From Myxococcota bacterium (GTDB lineage Bacteria > Myxococcota_A > SURF-8): a DNA stretch of 64,000 nt. Positions 10,405-20,479 of the stretch are shown piece by piece. The translations under genes and the position numbers were made by a program. The stretch covers positions 416,001 through 480,000 of the forward strand of contig OZ223209.1 in assembly GCA_965140415.1 (NCBI GenBank), in the 5' to 3' direction. The notes beneath the pieces were generated by a model. That model was not told the origin of the DNA. It searched no databases and saw only the letters and a program-made list of their open reading frames with translations. Positions within the stretch are counted from its first letter, which is position 1, and the number at the start of each line of letters is the position of its first letter.

Positions 10405-11943
10405 ATGAGTGAAAAATCGGAAAACAGGGTGGAAATTCAGATCGACGACCAACCGTTGACTATGAGTCAGATTCAGCAGATCGCCGCCAATAAGGCGCGT
10501 GTGACGATTGGGAGCGACCCGGAATATGTACAGAAAATGCAGAATTCACAACGCATTCTGTTACAGGTATTGCAAAGCGGCAAACCCGTATACGGCGTCA
10601 GCACCGGCTATGGGCGTAGCTGCGGCAATCGCTTCGAACCGGAATTGACCGACCAGTTGGGTTACAACCTGATTCAATATCACGGTGCGGGCGTGGGTGA
10701 AGCGCTGGATCGCGAATCGGTGCGGGCGGCGATTGCCTGTCGTATCACTTGTCTGGCGCTGGGGCGCTCCGGTGTTTCATTGGACTTATTGAAGCGACTG
10801 GCGGATCTGTTGAACCGGGACATCGTGCCGGTGATGCCGCAACTCGGTTCGGTAGGCGCTTCTGGCGATTTAACGCCGATGTCCTATATCGCCGCTTGCC
10901 TGCTGGGTGAGCGAGAGGTTTTCTATCGCGGAAAACGCATGAGCGCGAAAGAGGCGTTCAAAGCGGAAGGCTTAAGCCCCTATCGTTTCCAGCCCAAGGA
11001 ACCGTTGGGCGTATTGAACGGCACCTCGGTTATGACCGGTATCGCTGCGGTGGCTTTGCGCAAAGTCCGGCATCTTTTAGAAGCGGCAGTGGCTGCCAGC
11101 GCACTGACCAGCCACGCCTTGGCCGGTCACGACGAGCATTTCCATCCGGTTGTCACCGATTCCAAACCGCATCCGGGACAGATCTGGGTGGGGCAGAAAC
11201 TGCGAGAGTTGTTGCAGTTCACCGAAAAGCCGCTGGAATCGGATGCGGCCAGCGACTTGCAGGATCCGTACTCAGTGCGTTGCCCGCCGCAGATTCTTGG
11301 CGTATTGGCCGATGCGCTGGAGTGGATCGAAAGCTGGGTACAGCGGGAAATCAACAGTTCCAACGACAATCCCCTGACCGATCCGGATAGCGAAGATGTG
11401 CTGCGTGGCGGCAATTTCTACGGTGGGCATATCGCGTTTGCCATGGATGCCCTGAAACCGGCGCTGGCGCAGATGGCCGACATGCTCGACCGGCAACTGG
11501 CGCTTTTGGTCGATCCGCGTTTCAATCGCGGCCTGCCCGAAAACCTGGTCATGGAAAACGGCTCGGCTCCTGGAATACACCATGCTTTCAAGGGCTTACA
11601 GATTACGGCGTCGGCACTGGTAGCGGAAGCGCAGAAAAACACCATGCCCGCCGCAGTGTTCAGTCGCTCCACCGAATCGCACAACCAGGATATCGTCAGC
11701 ATGGGAACCATCGCGGCCCGCGACGTGCAACGGCAGTTGCATCTGGTCAGCCGCGCCAATGCCATTCATCTGATGGCCGCCGTGCAGGCCTGCGAAATTC
11801 GCGGCGGCTTGCAGGCGCGTCCGCAGTTGCAGCGTATCGTGCAACAGGTTCGTGAAATCGTTTCGGAAATGCACGAAGATCGCCCGATGGACGCCGAGGT
11901 GGAACGTCTGGCCGAAGCGCTGCTCAATGGGGAGGTGAGTTAG
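10405..11943 (+). CDS. MIO-dependent aromatic amino acid ammonia-lyase (HAL/PAL/TAL family)
   Basis: VYGVSTGYG, GSVGASGDLTP (ASG MIO), QDPYSVRC, NDNP, GGNFYG, HNQDIVSMG; start may be GTG 10396. Confidence 0.93.
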   Translation: MSEKSENRVEIQIDDQPLTMSQIQQIAANKARVTIGSDPEYVQKMQNSQRILLQVLQSGKPVYGVSTGYGRSCGNRFEPELTDQLGYNLIQYHGAGVGEALDRESVRAAIACRITCLALGRSGVSLDLLKRLADLLNRDIVPVMPQLGSVGASGDLTPMSYIAACLLGEREVFYRGKRMSAKEAFKAEGLSPYRFQPKEPLGVLNGTSVMTGIAAVALRKVRHLLEAAVAASALTSHALAGHDEHFHPVVTDSKPHPGQIWVGQKLRELLQFTEKPLESDAASDLQDPYSVRCPPQILGVLADALEWIESWVQREINSSNDNPLTDPDSEDVLRGGNFYGGHIAFAMDALKPALAQMADMLDRQLALLVDPRFNRGLPENLVMENGSAPGIHHAFKGLQITASALVAEAQKNTMPAAVFSRSTESHNQDIVSMGTIAARDVQRQLHLVSRANAIHLMAAVQACEIRGGLQARPQLQRIVQQVREIVSEMHEDRPMDAEVERLAEALLNGEVS

Positions 11944-12366
11944 ATGAGTGCTACGCCGGTTTTGGAGCACAGCATCCGTTACACCGTTCCCTTTCACGAT
12001 CTCGATCCGATGGGCGTTGTCTGGCATGGGAATTACCTGAAATATTTCGAACATGCGCGCGAGGCGCTCTTCGATCAAAACCAGGTCAATTTGTTCGAGG
12101 TCTACCGGGATACGGCCTATGCGTTTCCTATCGTGCGCAGTGAAATCAAGCACATTCATCCCCTGCGCTACCGCGATGAAATCACTTGCATTGCCCGCTT
12201 GACCGATGCCAACCGTATGCTGGTCGTCGAATTCGAAATCCGGTTAACAGAAACCAACGAACTCTGCACACGCGGAAAAACCAAACAGGTTGCGGTGCGT
12301 TACCCGGATATGACCCTGGAGCAGGCGATTCCCGCTCACATCCGAGAGGCCTTGGGTGCCGGATGA
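11944..12366 (+). CDS. Acyl-CoA thioesterase (4HBT/YbgC hotdog fold)
   Basis: VPFHDLDPMGVVWHGNYLKYFEHAR. Confidence 0.92.
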   Translation: MSATPVLEHSIRYTVPFHDLDPMGVVWHGNYLKYFEHAREALFDQNQVNLFEVYRDTAYAFPIVRSEIKHIHPLRYRDEITCIARLTDANRMLVVEFEIRLTETNELCTRGKTKQVAVRYPDMTLEQAIPAHIREALGAG

Positions 12367-14087
12367 TCACGCAGCAAGATTTCGATCAGGCATTACAGAC
12401 GGGGGCGGTGCGGGTCACGGCCTGGGCGGATCTGCTCGACGGCATCAACGTGTTTCCCGTCGCCGATGGCGACACGGGCCGCAACCTTGTTTACAGCCTT
12501 TCTCCGCTTATTCAAGCCGATAGCCGCGACGAGCGCCTGATCGAGCGCCTGTTGATGTTGGCGCGTGGAAACTCGGGCAATATCGCAGTGCAGTTCCTGC
12601 GCGGAGTGTTGCAGGCCGAATACCTCTCGAATCTGCCCGCTGCCGTAAAACAGGGACGCGATCTGGCCTGGCAGGCATTGCCCGATCCGCGTGAAGGGAC
12701 CATGCTGAGTTTGCTGGATGAACTGGCGCTGGCATTGCAGGATCATTACGGCGAAGATGCCTGGGTCGAATCCGTGTTGGAGCGACTCGTGCAGGCGGTG
12801 CGGCGTACTACCCAGCAATTGCAGGATTTGCAGCAGGCAGGCGTCGTCGATTCGGGTGCATTGGGGCTGTTCCTGTTTTTCGATGGTTTTTTACAGCGTC
12901 TCAGCGGTATCGAGCAGCAACCGGCGGCGGTTGCCAAACTTTTCGACGGGCAATTGCGGTTGAACGCGGATCTTGAATTTGCACGGCACAACGGCAACTG
13001 CATCGACGCACTCATCAAGCGAAACGGTGAAACAGGCGAAAAGCTCAAGGATCTTGAAGCTTTTGGAGAGAGCATCGTTGCATTGGAGCATGGAGAATTC
13101 GTCAAGCTGCACCTGCACGGCGAGAATGAAGCGCTGATCAAACAGCGGCTGGCCGAACTGGGTGAGGTGCTGCGCTATAAAAGCGACGACTTGAACGAGC
13201 AGACAAGCCGCTTTGTCGGTGCGCGTAAAACGCAGGCGGTGCATGTAATGACCGATGCCGCCGGAAGCATGACGCGCGAGCAGGCCACGGAACTGAATCT
13301 AACGTTATTAGACAGCTACATCACGGTGGGCGATCACTGCCTGCCGGAAAGCTATATCGATCGGGATGACTTGTACCGGCGTATGCTGGCAGGAGAAAGC
13401 GCATCCACCGCGCAGGCCAGCCAATTCGAGCGCCAGCAGTTTTACCGCAAGGTCTGCGACCTGTATCCGAAGGTGCTTTATCTGGCGGTCGGTTCGGTGT
13501 TTACCGGCAATGTCGATGCCGCACAACAGTGGAAAAGCGAAGCGGACCCGGAAGATCGTTTGTCGGTGCTCGATAGCGGTGCGGCTTCTGGAAAGCTGGG
13601 CTTGTCGGCCCTGGCCGTTGCCCGTTACGCCCAGCAGGAAACGCAGCCGGAGAAGGTAGTTACCTATGCCAGGCAGGTCATCGAAACCTGTGAAGAATAT
13701 CTCTTTATCGAGACGCTGCGTTATCTGGCGCGTGGTGGGCGATTAAGCAAAACCAGCGCCTTTTTCGGAAACATGTTGGGTTTAAAGCCGGTTGTCAGCC
13801 CCTATCCCGATGGCGCTCGCAAGCTGGCGATGCTGCGTAACCGCAAGGATCAACTGGCATTTTTACAAAAACGCCTAGATCAGAGCCTGCCGAATGAATC
13901 CACTTCGCCGATTCTGCTGCAATACACCGACAACCGAAGCTGGGTGGAAACCGAACTGCTCGATTGGGTACGGCAGCAGCGATCAGCGGCGGAGATCGTT
14001 GTAACGCCCTTATCATTGACGACCGGAGTGCATGCCGGGCCGGGAGCCTGGTCGGTTGCCTTCTTACCGTCGGTGCCATCGAAATAA
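12363..14087 (+). CDS. DAK2-DegV fusion (fatty-acid kinase FakA/FakB-like)
   Basis: INVFPVADGDTGRN, ARGNSG, EGTML, VVDSGA (DAK2); VMTDAAGS, YLARGGRL, GVHAGPG (DegV); ATGA overlap with thioesterase stop. Confidence 0.88.
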   Translation: MITQQDFDQALQTGAVRVTAWADLLDGINVFPVADGDTGRNLVYSLSPLIQADSRDERLIERLLMLARGNSGNIAVQFLRGVLQAEYLSNLPAAVKQGRDLAWQALPDPREGTMLSLLDELALALQDHYGEDAWVESVLERLVQAVRRTTQQLQDLQQAGVVDSGALGLFLFFDGFLQRLSGIEQQPAAVAKLFDGQLRLNADLEFARHNGNCIDALIKRNGETGEKLKDLEAFGESIVALEHGEFVKLHLHGENEALIKQRLAELGEVLRYKSDDLNEQTSRFVGARKTQAVHVMTDAAGSMTREQATELNLTLLDSYITVGDHCLPESYIDRDDLYRRMLAGESASTAQASQFERQQFYRKVCDLYPKVLYLAVGSVFTGNVDAAQQWKSEADPEDRLSVLDSGAASGKLGLSALAVARYAQQETQPEKVVTYARQVIETCEEYLFIETLRYLARGGRLSKTSAFFGNMLGLKPVVSPYPDGARKLAMLRNRKDQLAFLQKRLDQSLPNESTSPILLQYTDNRSWVETELLDWVRQQRSAAEIVVTPLSLTTGVHAGPGAWSVAFLPSVPSK

Positions 14088-14281
14088 ACGAATTTCATAT
14101 ATTTTTACCGGTTTTATATCATTCAGCAAATACGCAACAAATAGAGCTTTATCGCCAAGCGGTTATAGGGTATTTTTGAATGTGATGCGCCTGTTTGCAC
14201 GTGGTGGGCATTGTGTCGCGTTACGTAGAAGAAATGGTGACTTGTATGCCGGACTGGTTACGCCATCCGTGGCGAACATTC

Positions 14282-14713
14282 ATGAAAAAACTGGCCAAAA
14301 GACTGATGAACAGTCCTTTCGGTCAAACGGCACTGCAACATGCGCCGATCGATTTGAGCGTGTTCAAGCAGCGCCCCGGTCCGCTGTTGATCACCGGTCT
14401 GATCTTACTGGCAGCCAGTTATATCGTCGGCTGGCCCATGATCGCCGCCTGCTCCTTCGTTGCCATTCACTTCGAAGATCCGCTGATTTTCGCAATCGGA
14501 GGCCCGGCTTTATATGGCCTGAGTTGGTTGGTGTTCAGTGTGGCCTTGATCTTCATCGGCAAGGAAAGCTACCAGCATCTTCACGTGTTAACGGAATATC
14601 TTGTCGTGCGTTTGATTGAAAAGCATGGCGAGCCCGATCAGTTGAACAGTTCCCCTAACGATTCATCTTCTTCGACCCAGGATGCCTCGACCGCGTCCAG
14701 CGACAGCGAATAA
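14282..14713 (+). CDS. Small hypothetical membrane protein
   Basis: Two long hydrophobic segments; start uncertain (ATG 14282 chosen); 3' end overlaps convergent gene. Confidence 0.6.
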   Translation: MKKLAKRLMNSPFGQTALQHAPIDLSVFKQRPGPLLITGLILLAASYIVGWPMIAACSFVAIHFEDPLIFAIGGPALYGLSWLVFSVALIFIGKESYQHLHVLTEYLVVRLIEKHGEPDQLNSSPNDSSSSTQDASTASSDSE

Positions 14714-15321
14714 TCCGAGCTTCCCCAAACCTGCAAGAACACGTCCGAAGGCCGCCCTTTTTCGTCGAAATGAAGCACGGCCTGTTTCTGCAAGGTCTTG
14801 CTATTATCATAGCGTCGCAGCGTGAGTGGCCCGTCCTGCGCCTGGCTGGTTTCCACAAAGCCGTTGAAATCCTGATAGACACAGCGCTGCACCAGATCGG
14901 CGGATTTCGAGTGATGCAGCAGTTTCCCCGTTGGCGGCAACAACAGCAGGCGCACGTCGTTTAACAGATTCATGGCAAACGCCGCCCGATCCAGCGGCGG
15001 TAGAGCGCGATGCACCACGGTGTCCTGTAGAGTAGCGGTGGCGTCAAAGAGTAGCAGTCCCTCGGCACTTAATAACATGCTGCGCAGGCGTTGCCCGGCT
15101 GGGTCCGCCAAACTCACACCCAATAACGACGGCGCTTCGCCAACGGAAAATTTTGTATCGATGCGATGCACGACGCGAAAGGGGCGCGTTTGAAAAGGAG
15201 CGGCGCAGGCTGCGATCTGCTCGTCCGAAATCGGAGTCTCCGTCCATTGCGCCAGCTTGGGACGAGCGCAGGCCGAAAGCAGCAACATAAGTAAAATGAG
15301 TAGAAAAATACGTTTCATCAT
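14638..15321 (-). CDS. Lipoprotein, DUF3261-like
   Basis: Lipobox LLSAC; LLSAEGLLLFDA and LLNDVRLLLL; adjacent to LolA-like and fabG as in aryl-polyene-type clusters. Confidence 0.6.
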   Translation of the reverse strand: MMKRIFLLILLMLLLSACARPKLAQWTETPISDEQIAACAAPFQTRPFRVVHRIDTKFSVGEAPSLLGVSLADPAGQRLRSMLLSAEGLLLFDATATLQDTVVHRALPPLDRAAFAMNLLNDVRLLLLPPTGKLLHHSKSADLVQRCVYQDFNGFVETSQAQDGPLTLRRYDNSKTLQKQAVLHFDEKGRPSDVFLQVWGSSDYSLSLDAVEASWVEEDESLGELFN

Positions 15322-15944
15322 TACGGGTAACGCTTGAAGGTCGCGTCCGAAAGCTTGGGATTGACTTTGGGAGCGGTGAATATCAACACGGTGCGCGCCT
15401 GTTCGCTTTCAATAATTTCAATGCGTTCGATGACGCCCGGTTGCTTGGCCAGCGTAAGTCGCACGCGAGCGATCATCTTGGCAAGGCCGTCCTCTTTGGG
15501 CGTCAGTTCGATACAGGGCGGATCGTCCTTGATCAACGTGGCCTTAAAGGTGGTGTCGTTCTCAAACGAGCCGCTCATCCACTGCGCGATACGCTCCATC
15601 ACGATGCGCAGCGCTTCCAGCCGCTGGCCGCTTTCCTGAACGATTTTCCCATTCTGCTCGGCGTAGCGGGTGATGTTGCCCTGATACATCAGCAAGGCAT
15701 TGCGGATCGGCGAGTGATACTCCCAGCGCAGATTGTCCGGGGCGCGGTAATAAAAGCTGCCCTTGCTGATTAGCGGTTTCGTTAGAATTTTCAGATGCTT
15801 TTCTTGTGTGAAGGGCGATTGCAACGACTGCACCGCTTCCATGGCCTGCCCGATCTGCCACCAGTCGTTCGTCCAGCCGAGTTGCAACAGGCTGCAACTC
15901 GCTACCAAAAGAAACACCATGATGCCGCGAGCACGTCCGCTCAT
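15321..15944 (-). CDS. LolA-like outer-membrane lipoprotein carrier protein
   Basis: FTQEKHLKILTKPLISKGSFYYRAPDNLRWEYHSP, N-terminal signal, ATGA overlap with fabG. Confidence 0.88.
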   Translation of the reverse strand: MSGRARGIMVFLLVASCSLLQLGWTNDWWQIGQAMEAVQSLQSPFTQEKHLKILTKPLISKGSFYYRAPDNLRWEYHSPIRNALLMYQGNITRYAEQNGKIVQESGQRLEALRIVMERIAQWMSGSFENDTTFKATLIKDDPPCIELTPKEDGLAKMIARVRLTLAKQPGVIERIEIIESEQARTVLIFTAPKVNPKLSDATFKRYP

Positions 15945-16684
15945 GACATCCCGCCATTGACCGCCAGTACCTGGCCCGTGATGTAGCTGGCCTGCGCGGA
16001 GCACAAGAAAGCAACGGCGGCGGCGACTTCCTCCGGGCGTCCGATGCGTTCCATGGGGATGATCTGCTTGATCATCTCCACCGGTGCTTCCTGGATCATG
16101 TCGGTGTCGATCAGCCCCGGCGCAACCACGTTGACGCGAATGCCGACTTTGGCGGTTTCCTTGGCCAGCGCTTTACTGGCGCCGATCAATCCGGCTTTGG
16201 CGGCGGAGTAGTTCACCTGACCCCGGTTGCCTGTCAGACCGGATACGGAGGAAATGGAAACGATTGCGCCACTACGCTGGCGCATCATGTGCCGGATCAG
16301 CGGTTTGGTTAGGTTGTAAAAACCGGAAAGTGTGGTATCCAGTACCCGCTGCCAGTTCTCCTCGCTCATCAACGCGAACAGACCGTCTGCGGTGATGCCC
16401 GCATTATTGACCAGCACACCGATGGGCGCATGTTCTTTGCAGGCTTGATCGATGGCGGCATGGGCGGCTTCGCGGTCCGTCACATCGAAAGGCAATAATA
16501 CGCCCTGTGCGCCGGCCTGCTCGACCAGTGCCAGCGTTTCTTTAGCGGCGTCCTCATTCGATCGGTAATTGATCAGCACCTTGTGCCCCGCCTCTGCCAA
16601 AGCAACGCAGATCGCCCGGCCAATGCCGCGACTGCCGCCGGTCACCAGGGCGGTACAAGGTTCGTTCGTTGTGGGTTTCGTCAT
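15941..16684 (-). CDS. fabG: 3-oxoacyl-ACP reductase (SDR)
   Basis: TGGSRGIG, NNAG, GNRGQVNYSAAK, VAPGLIDTDM. Confidence 0.93.
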   Translation of the reverse strand: MTKPTTNEPCTALVTGGSRGIGRAICVALAEAGHKVLINYRSNEDAAKETLALVEQAGAQGVLLPFDVTDREAAHAAIDQACKEHAPIGVLVNNAGITADGLFALMSEENWQRVLDTTLSGFYNLTKPLIRHMMRQRSGAIVSISSVSGLTGNRGQVNYSAAKAGLIGASKALAKETAKVGIRVNVVAPGLIDTDMIQEAPVEMIKQIIPMERIGRPEEVAAAVAFLCSAQASYITGQVLAVNGGMS

Positions 16685-16830
16685 GGCTTTCTCTTGATAT
16701 TATCCGTGTTTTCATGCTTTTACGATTTACGTGAAACACGTTATACCACCGCCATAGCATCAGGGCAAGTCTACCGTTTTGCAGCGTTTATAAGTGTGTT
16801 GTCCAAGTTTGCAAAAGCCTTCGAAAAGCG

Positions 16831-16859
16831 TTGAACCGAGATTGGCTGCATGCTATAGT
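16831..16859 (+). promoter_or_regulatory. sigma70 promoter for dksA
   Basis: TTGAAC-17bp-TATAGT with extended -10 TG. Confidence 0.6.
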
Positions 16860-16909
16860 TATGGTTCGGAAGTTGAGCGAAGAGCGCCAACCAAACCGAG
16901 GGTAAAGCC

Positions 16910-17278
16910 ATGCGGAAAAGGGAGCTGCAACAATTCGAGGGTCTCCTCACACAAAAGATCGATCGGTTGATCGACAAGGCCGTGGGAATGATGGGTGGAG
17001 ACGGCGCAATGCCAGTACGCGCCGCCGATCCAAGTGACCGCGCTTCGTTGGAAGCCGAGAGCAACTTCTCCCTGCGTGTACGCGACCGCGAACGAAAGCT
17101 GATCCTCAAAGCCCGCCGGGCGCTGGACCGCATCAAAGACGGCAGTTACGGTTATTGCGACAATTGTGGCGAACCGATCAACAAAAGCCGTTTGCGTGCA
17201 CGTCCGGAGGCCAGCCTGTGCATCGAATGCAAGCGGGAAATGGAGGAGCGGGAGCGCAGGGCGAAGATGTTCCGCTAG
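16910..17278 (+). CDS. dksA: RNA polymerase-binding protein DksA
   Basis: ADPSDRAS tip, RDRERKLI, YGYCDNCGEPI...RLRARPEASLCIECK zinc finger. Confidence 0.93.
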   Translation: MRKRELQQFEGLLTQKIDRLIDKAVGMMGGDGAMPVRAADPSDRASLEAESNFSLRVRDRERKLILKARRALDRIKDGSYGYCDNCGEPINKSRLRARPEASLCIECKREMEERERRAKMFR

Positions 17279-17380
17279 GATCGTGAAGAGGAAGCCTGTC
17301 CGGGGATGGGGAGCATATCAACGAATCGATTTGCTGTATCGTTGTAAGATGATTGGGATTCATGTGAAGGATATGGTCTG

Positions 17381-17995
17381 ATGAAGCGACAGATACGTGT
17401 AACACTCGCGGCGCTTGTAGCCGCTTCCTTTTTATTAATGGGTCATTACGCACCATTGCCGCTGGTGTTTCATGAACTGTATGGGAGCCTGTCGGGTTGG
17501 GGAAAGCTTACGGTGACGGGGCTTCGCTACGAAGCCGAGCAGCCAAAAGGCGAGTCATTCAGCCTGAGTGTATCACGTCCCGACAGCTTTAAATTACAGC
17601 TCGATTCCAAACCGACCACAGCCAATGCCGCCGAGCGCCGTTTTATCCAGCTTTTATTATCAGCCAACAGCAAAACTGCGTTGCTGGATAAACTCAAAAG
17701 CTGGGATGTCGATGTAAAAACCCTGGAACTGGGAATGATCGACCGGACGATCTGCTATATCCTAGGTGCGAAGCAGGACCAGTCGCATCGTCCCCAACTC
17801 TGGATCGACAAGTTCAGCCATCAGCCGGTTCGCCTGCTGTTGTTCGCCGCCGAAAACGGAAAAACGCAAAGCCTGGAAATCCGCATGCAGAACTGGGATA
17901 ATCCGGCGTCCAACGGGCGTTTTCCGCAAACCGTTTCCTTTTCTCAAAACGGACAACCGGTAAGCCGCTGGACCCTGCTGTCCATGGGCGATTGA
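17381..17995 (+). CDS. Hypothetical exported protein (possible LolA-like fold)
   Basis: N-terminal hydrophobic signal; LWIDK...PVR beta-rich pattern. Confidence 0.65.
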   Translation: MKRQIRVTLAALVAASFLLMGHYAPLPLVFHELYGSLSGWGKLTVTGLRYEAEQPKGESFSLSVSRPDSFKLQLDSKPTTANAAERRFIQLLLSANSKTALLDKLKSWDVDVKTLELGMIDRTICYILGAKQDQSHRPQLWIDKFSHQPVRLLLFAAENGKTQSLEIRMQNWDNPASNGRFPQTVSFSQNGQPVSRWTLLSMGD

Positions 17996-18001
17996 TTCCC
18001 C

Positions 18002-20479
18002 ATGCCGCCGTCGTCTTACGCCACGGTCATTCTTCCCTTACCGCTGGACCGCTTGTTTACTTATGCCGTTCCCGATTCGCTGGCAGACGGGCTACAGCCC
18101 GGTATGCGCGTGGAGGCTCCCTTTCAAAAGCGCTGGCTGGTGGGCATCGTGCAAAGCATTACCCAAAAAGCGCCGGATTTCGACGTCAAACCATTGGGCG
18201 CGGTGCTGGATGGTAAACCCTTGTTCGACGAAGCCCTGCTCGATTTCTTGATCTGGCTGTCGCGCTATTACATGGTGGCTCCAGGCGAAGTACTTATGCT
18301 GGCATTGCCGCCCGGCATGCTGGCGGGGGAACGTTTGCTTGTGGCGCTGACAGGCAGAGGGCGCGCCTTGTTGCAGGGGTTGCCGCTGCCACCTGGAGAA
18401 AACGCGCCGCTGCCGTCGGAATCGAAAAACTGGATGAAGAAGCTGGCGCTATTGCCATTGACCGGTGAGGTGATGTTCTCCGCCTTTCAGAAGAAAGCGC
18501 GGCCCTTATCCAGATCCATGCTGCGCCAGTGGGAAACGGCGGAACTGGTGAAAGTCAGTATCAGCCAGCCCGGTTCGGGGTTGCGGGAAAAGCGTGTAAC
18601 GATTCTTCGGACTGCGCTGGATGAACCGGATGGTCTGTGCGCCTTGGCGCGCGCTCCAAAGCAGGCGGAGATTTATTCGCGCCTGTGTCGCTGCGGAGCC
18701 ATGGAACGTTCGGCCTTCGTTAAGGGCGACGCGGCTTGTGCGCGTGCGGTGTCCGAATTGATCAAGCGCGGCCTGATCGATTGCGAAGAGAAGATGGTGT
18801 ATCGATCTCCATTGGAGAATCACGTCTTGCCTGAGGATGAAGACCGGGGACAATTTGCGGACTTGTGGCCGGATCAGCAAAAGGCGCTGGATGTTATCGA
18901 AAAGGCGCTCGTAAAGAAGGAGCATGAAGTCTTTCTGCTTTACGGTACGCCGGGTTCGGGAAAGACGGAAGTCTATCTGCGGGCGGCCCGACAAAGCCTG
19001 GCCCAGGGAAAAAGTGTACTGCTTCTGGTGCCGGAGATTTCATTGACGCCGCAACTGGCGACGCGCGTGCAGCGGCGTTTCGGTGGCAAGGTGGCGCTAT
19101 TGCATTCGGCGCTTTCCGCCGGGGAGCGTTACGATGAATGGCGGCGCATCCTGAGCGGCGAAGCCCGGCTGGTGGTCGGGGCGCGTTCGGCCTTGTTTGC
19201 GCCGTTGTGCGATCTGGGTCTGATCATCGTCGATGAGGAGCAGGACCCTTCGTATAAAAGCGAAGAGAGGGTGTTGTATCAGGCGCGTGACGGCGCGGTG
19301 ATGCGCGCCAAGCAGGCGGGAATCCCGGTGCTGCTCGGTTCGGCTACGCCCAGCGTGGAAAGCATCGCCAACGCCAAGGCCGAGCGCTACAGCATGTTGC
19401 GTCTGGCGCGACCGGAAGAAATCCGAAAACCGAAGATGCACCTGATCGACATGGGCCTGCACCGCACCAGCAAGCGTTCGCTGCTCAGTTCCGAACTGGT
19501 GCTGGCGATCGAACAGCGCCTGGCGAAACACGAGCAGGTGATCCTGTTTTTAAACCGGCGCGGTTATGCGCCGTTTCTGTTGTGCAGCGCCTGCAAGCGC
19601 ACGGTGGATTGTCGCCATTGCTCGGTGACAATGCCCTATCATCGCACGGTGGGCAAGTTGCTCTGCCATCATTGCGACGTGCGTATGACGGTGCCGGAAC
19701 GCTGCCCGCATTGTGGCCGCGATACGTTGGAGCTGCACGGAGTCGGTACGCAGCGCGTTGAAGACGAACTGGAACTGACTTTTCCCACCGCGCGGATTGC
19801 GCGCATGGATCGCGATGTCAGCAGTAAAAAGGGTGCTCTGCGCGAATTGCTGGACGCTTTCGGCGCGGGAGACATCGATATTCTAATCGGAACCCAGCTC
19901 GTCACCAAAGGGCACGATTTTCCAAACGTTACTCTGGTCGGGGTACTGAGCGCCGATGCCGCCCTGCACATTCCCGATTTCCGCGCCTCCGAACGTGCTT
20001 TCCAACTGCTCTATCAGGTTGCCGGGCGCGCCGGACGACGCGAGCGGGAAGGCGAGGTCATCGTGCAGACTTTCCAGCCGGATCACCCGGTACTGCGCTA
20101 TCTGAAGCGACTGGACCCCGAAGGCTTTTATAAAGAGGAGCTACGAGCCCGAAAGGATCTGTACCCGCCGTTTAAAAAGCTGGCGTTATTGCGCTTTGAG
20201 CATGAAGACCAGCAGCGTGTGTTGGGCGCGGCACAGGCCTTCGGCGAAGCCTGCCGAAAGGATCTGGAACGCACGGATGCCTTTCCAACGGTGCTGCTTC
20301 TCGGTCCCAGCCCCGCTCCGCTGTTACGCATTCGCGAACGTTACCGCTATAGACTGCTGTTCAAAGCCGACAACCGGGCGCAGTTGCACCGCTTCGTGAA
20401 ATTTGCATTGCAACGGCACGGTGCGCTGCTGTCATCGATTCGTTGTCTGGTGGACATCGATCCCGGCTCGATGGGCTAG
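18002..20479 (+). CDS. priA: Primosomal protein N' (helicase)
   Basis: GTPGSGKTEVY, LVPEISLTPQ, GARSALFAP, four CxxC, GHDFPNVTLVG, QVAGRAGR. Confidence 0.97.
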   Translation: MPPSSYATVILPLPLDRLFTYAVPDSLADGLQPGMRVEAPFQKRWLVGIVQSITQKAPDFDVKPLGAVLDGKPLFDEALLDFLIWLSRYYMVAPGEVLMLALPPGMLAGERLLVALTGRGRALLQGLPLPPGENAPLPSESKNWMKKLALLPLTGEVMFSAFQKKARPLSRSMLRQWETAELVKVSISQPGSGLREKRVTILRTALDEPDGLCALARAPKQAEIYSRLCRCGAMERSAFVKGDAACARAVSELIKRGLIDCEEKMVYRSPLENHVLPEDEDRGQFADLWPDQQKALDVIEKALVKKEHEVFLLYGTPGSGKTEVYLRAARQSLAQGKSVLLLVPEISLTPQLATRVQRRFGGKVALLHSALSAGERYDEWRRILSGEARLVVGARSALFAPLCDLGLIIVDEEQDPSYKSEERVLYQARDGAVMRAKQAGIPVLLGSATPSVESIANAKAERYSMLRLARPEEIRKPKMHLIDMGLHRTSKRSLLSSELVLAIEQRLAKHEQVILFLNRRGYAPFLLCSACKRTVDCRHCSVTMPYHRTVGKLLCHHCDVRMTVPERCPHCGRDTLELHGVGTQRVEDELELTFPTARIARMDRDVSSKKGALRELLDAFGAGDIDILIGTQLVTKGHDFPNVTLVGVLSADAALHIPDFRASERAFQLLYQVAGRAGRREREGEVIVQTFQPDHPVLRYLKRLDPEGFYKEELRARKDLYPPFKKLALLRFEHEDQQRVLGAAQAFGEACRKDLERTDAFPTVLLLGPSPAPLLRIRERYRYRLLFKADNRAQLHRFVKFALQRHGALLSSIRCLVDIDPGSMG

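Noticed and set aside
10405-11943. hutH (histidine utilisation)
   Set aside because: No hutU, hutI or hutG nearby; YH selectivity residues and neighbours point to a biosynthetic role
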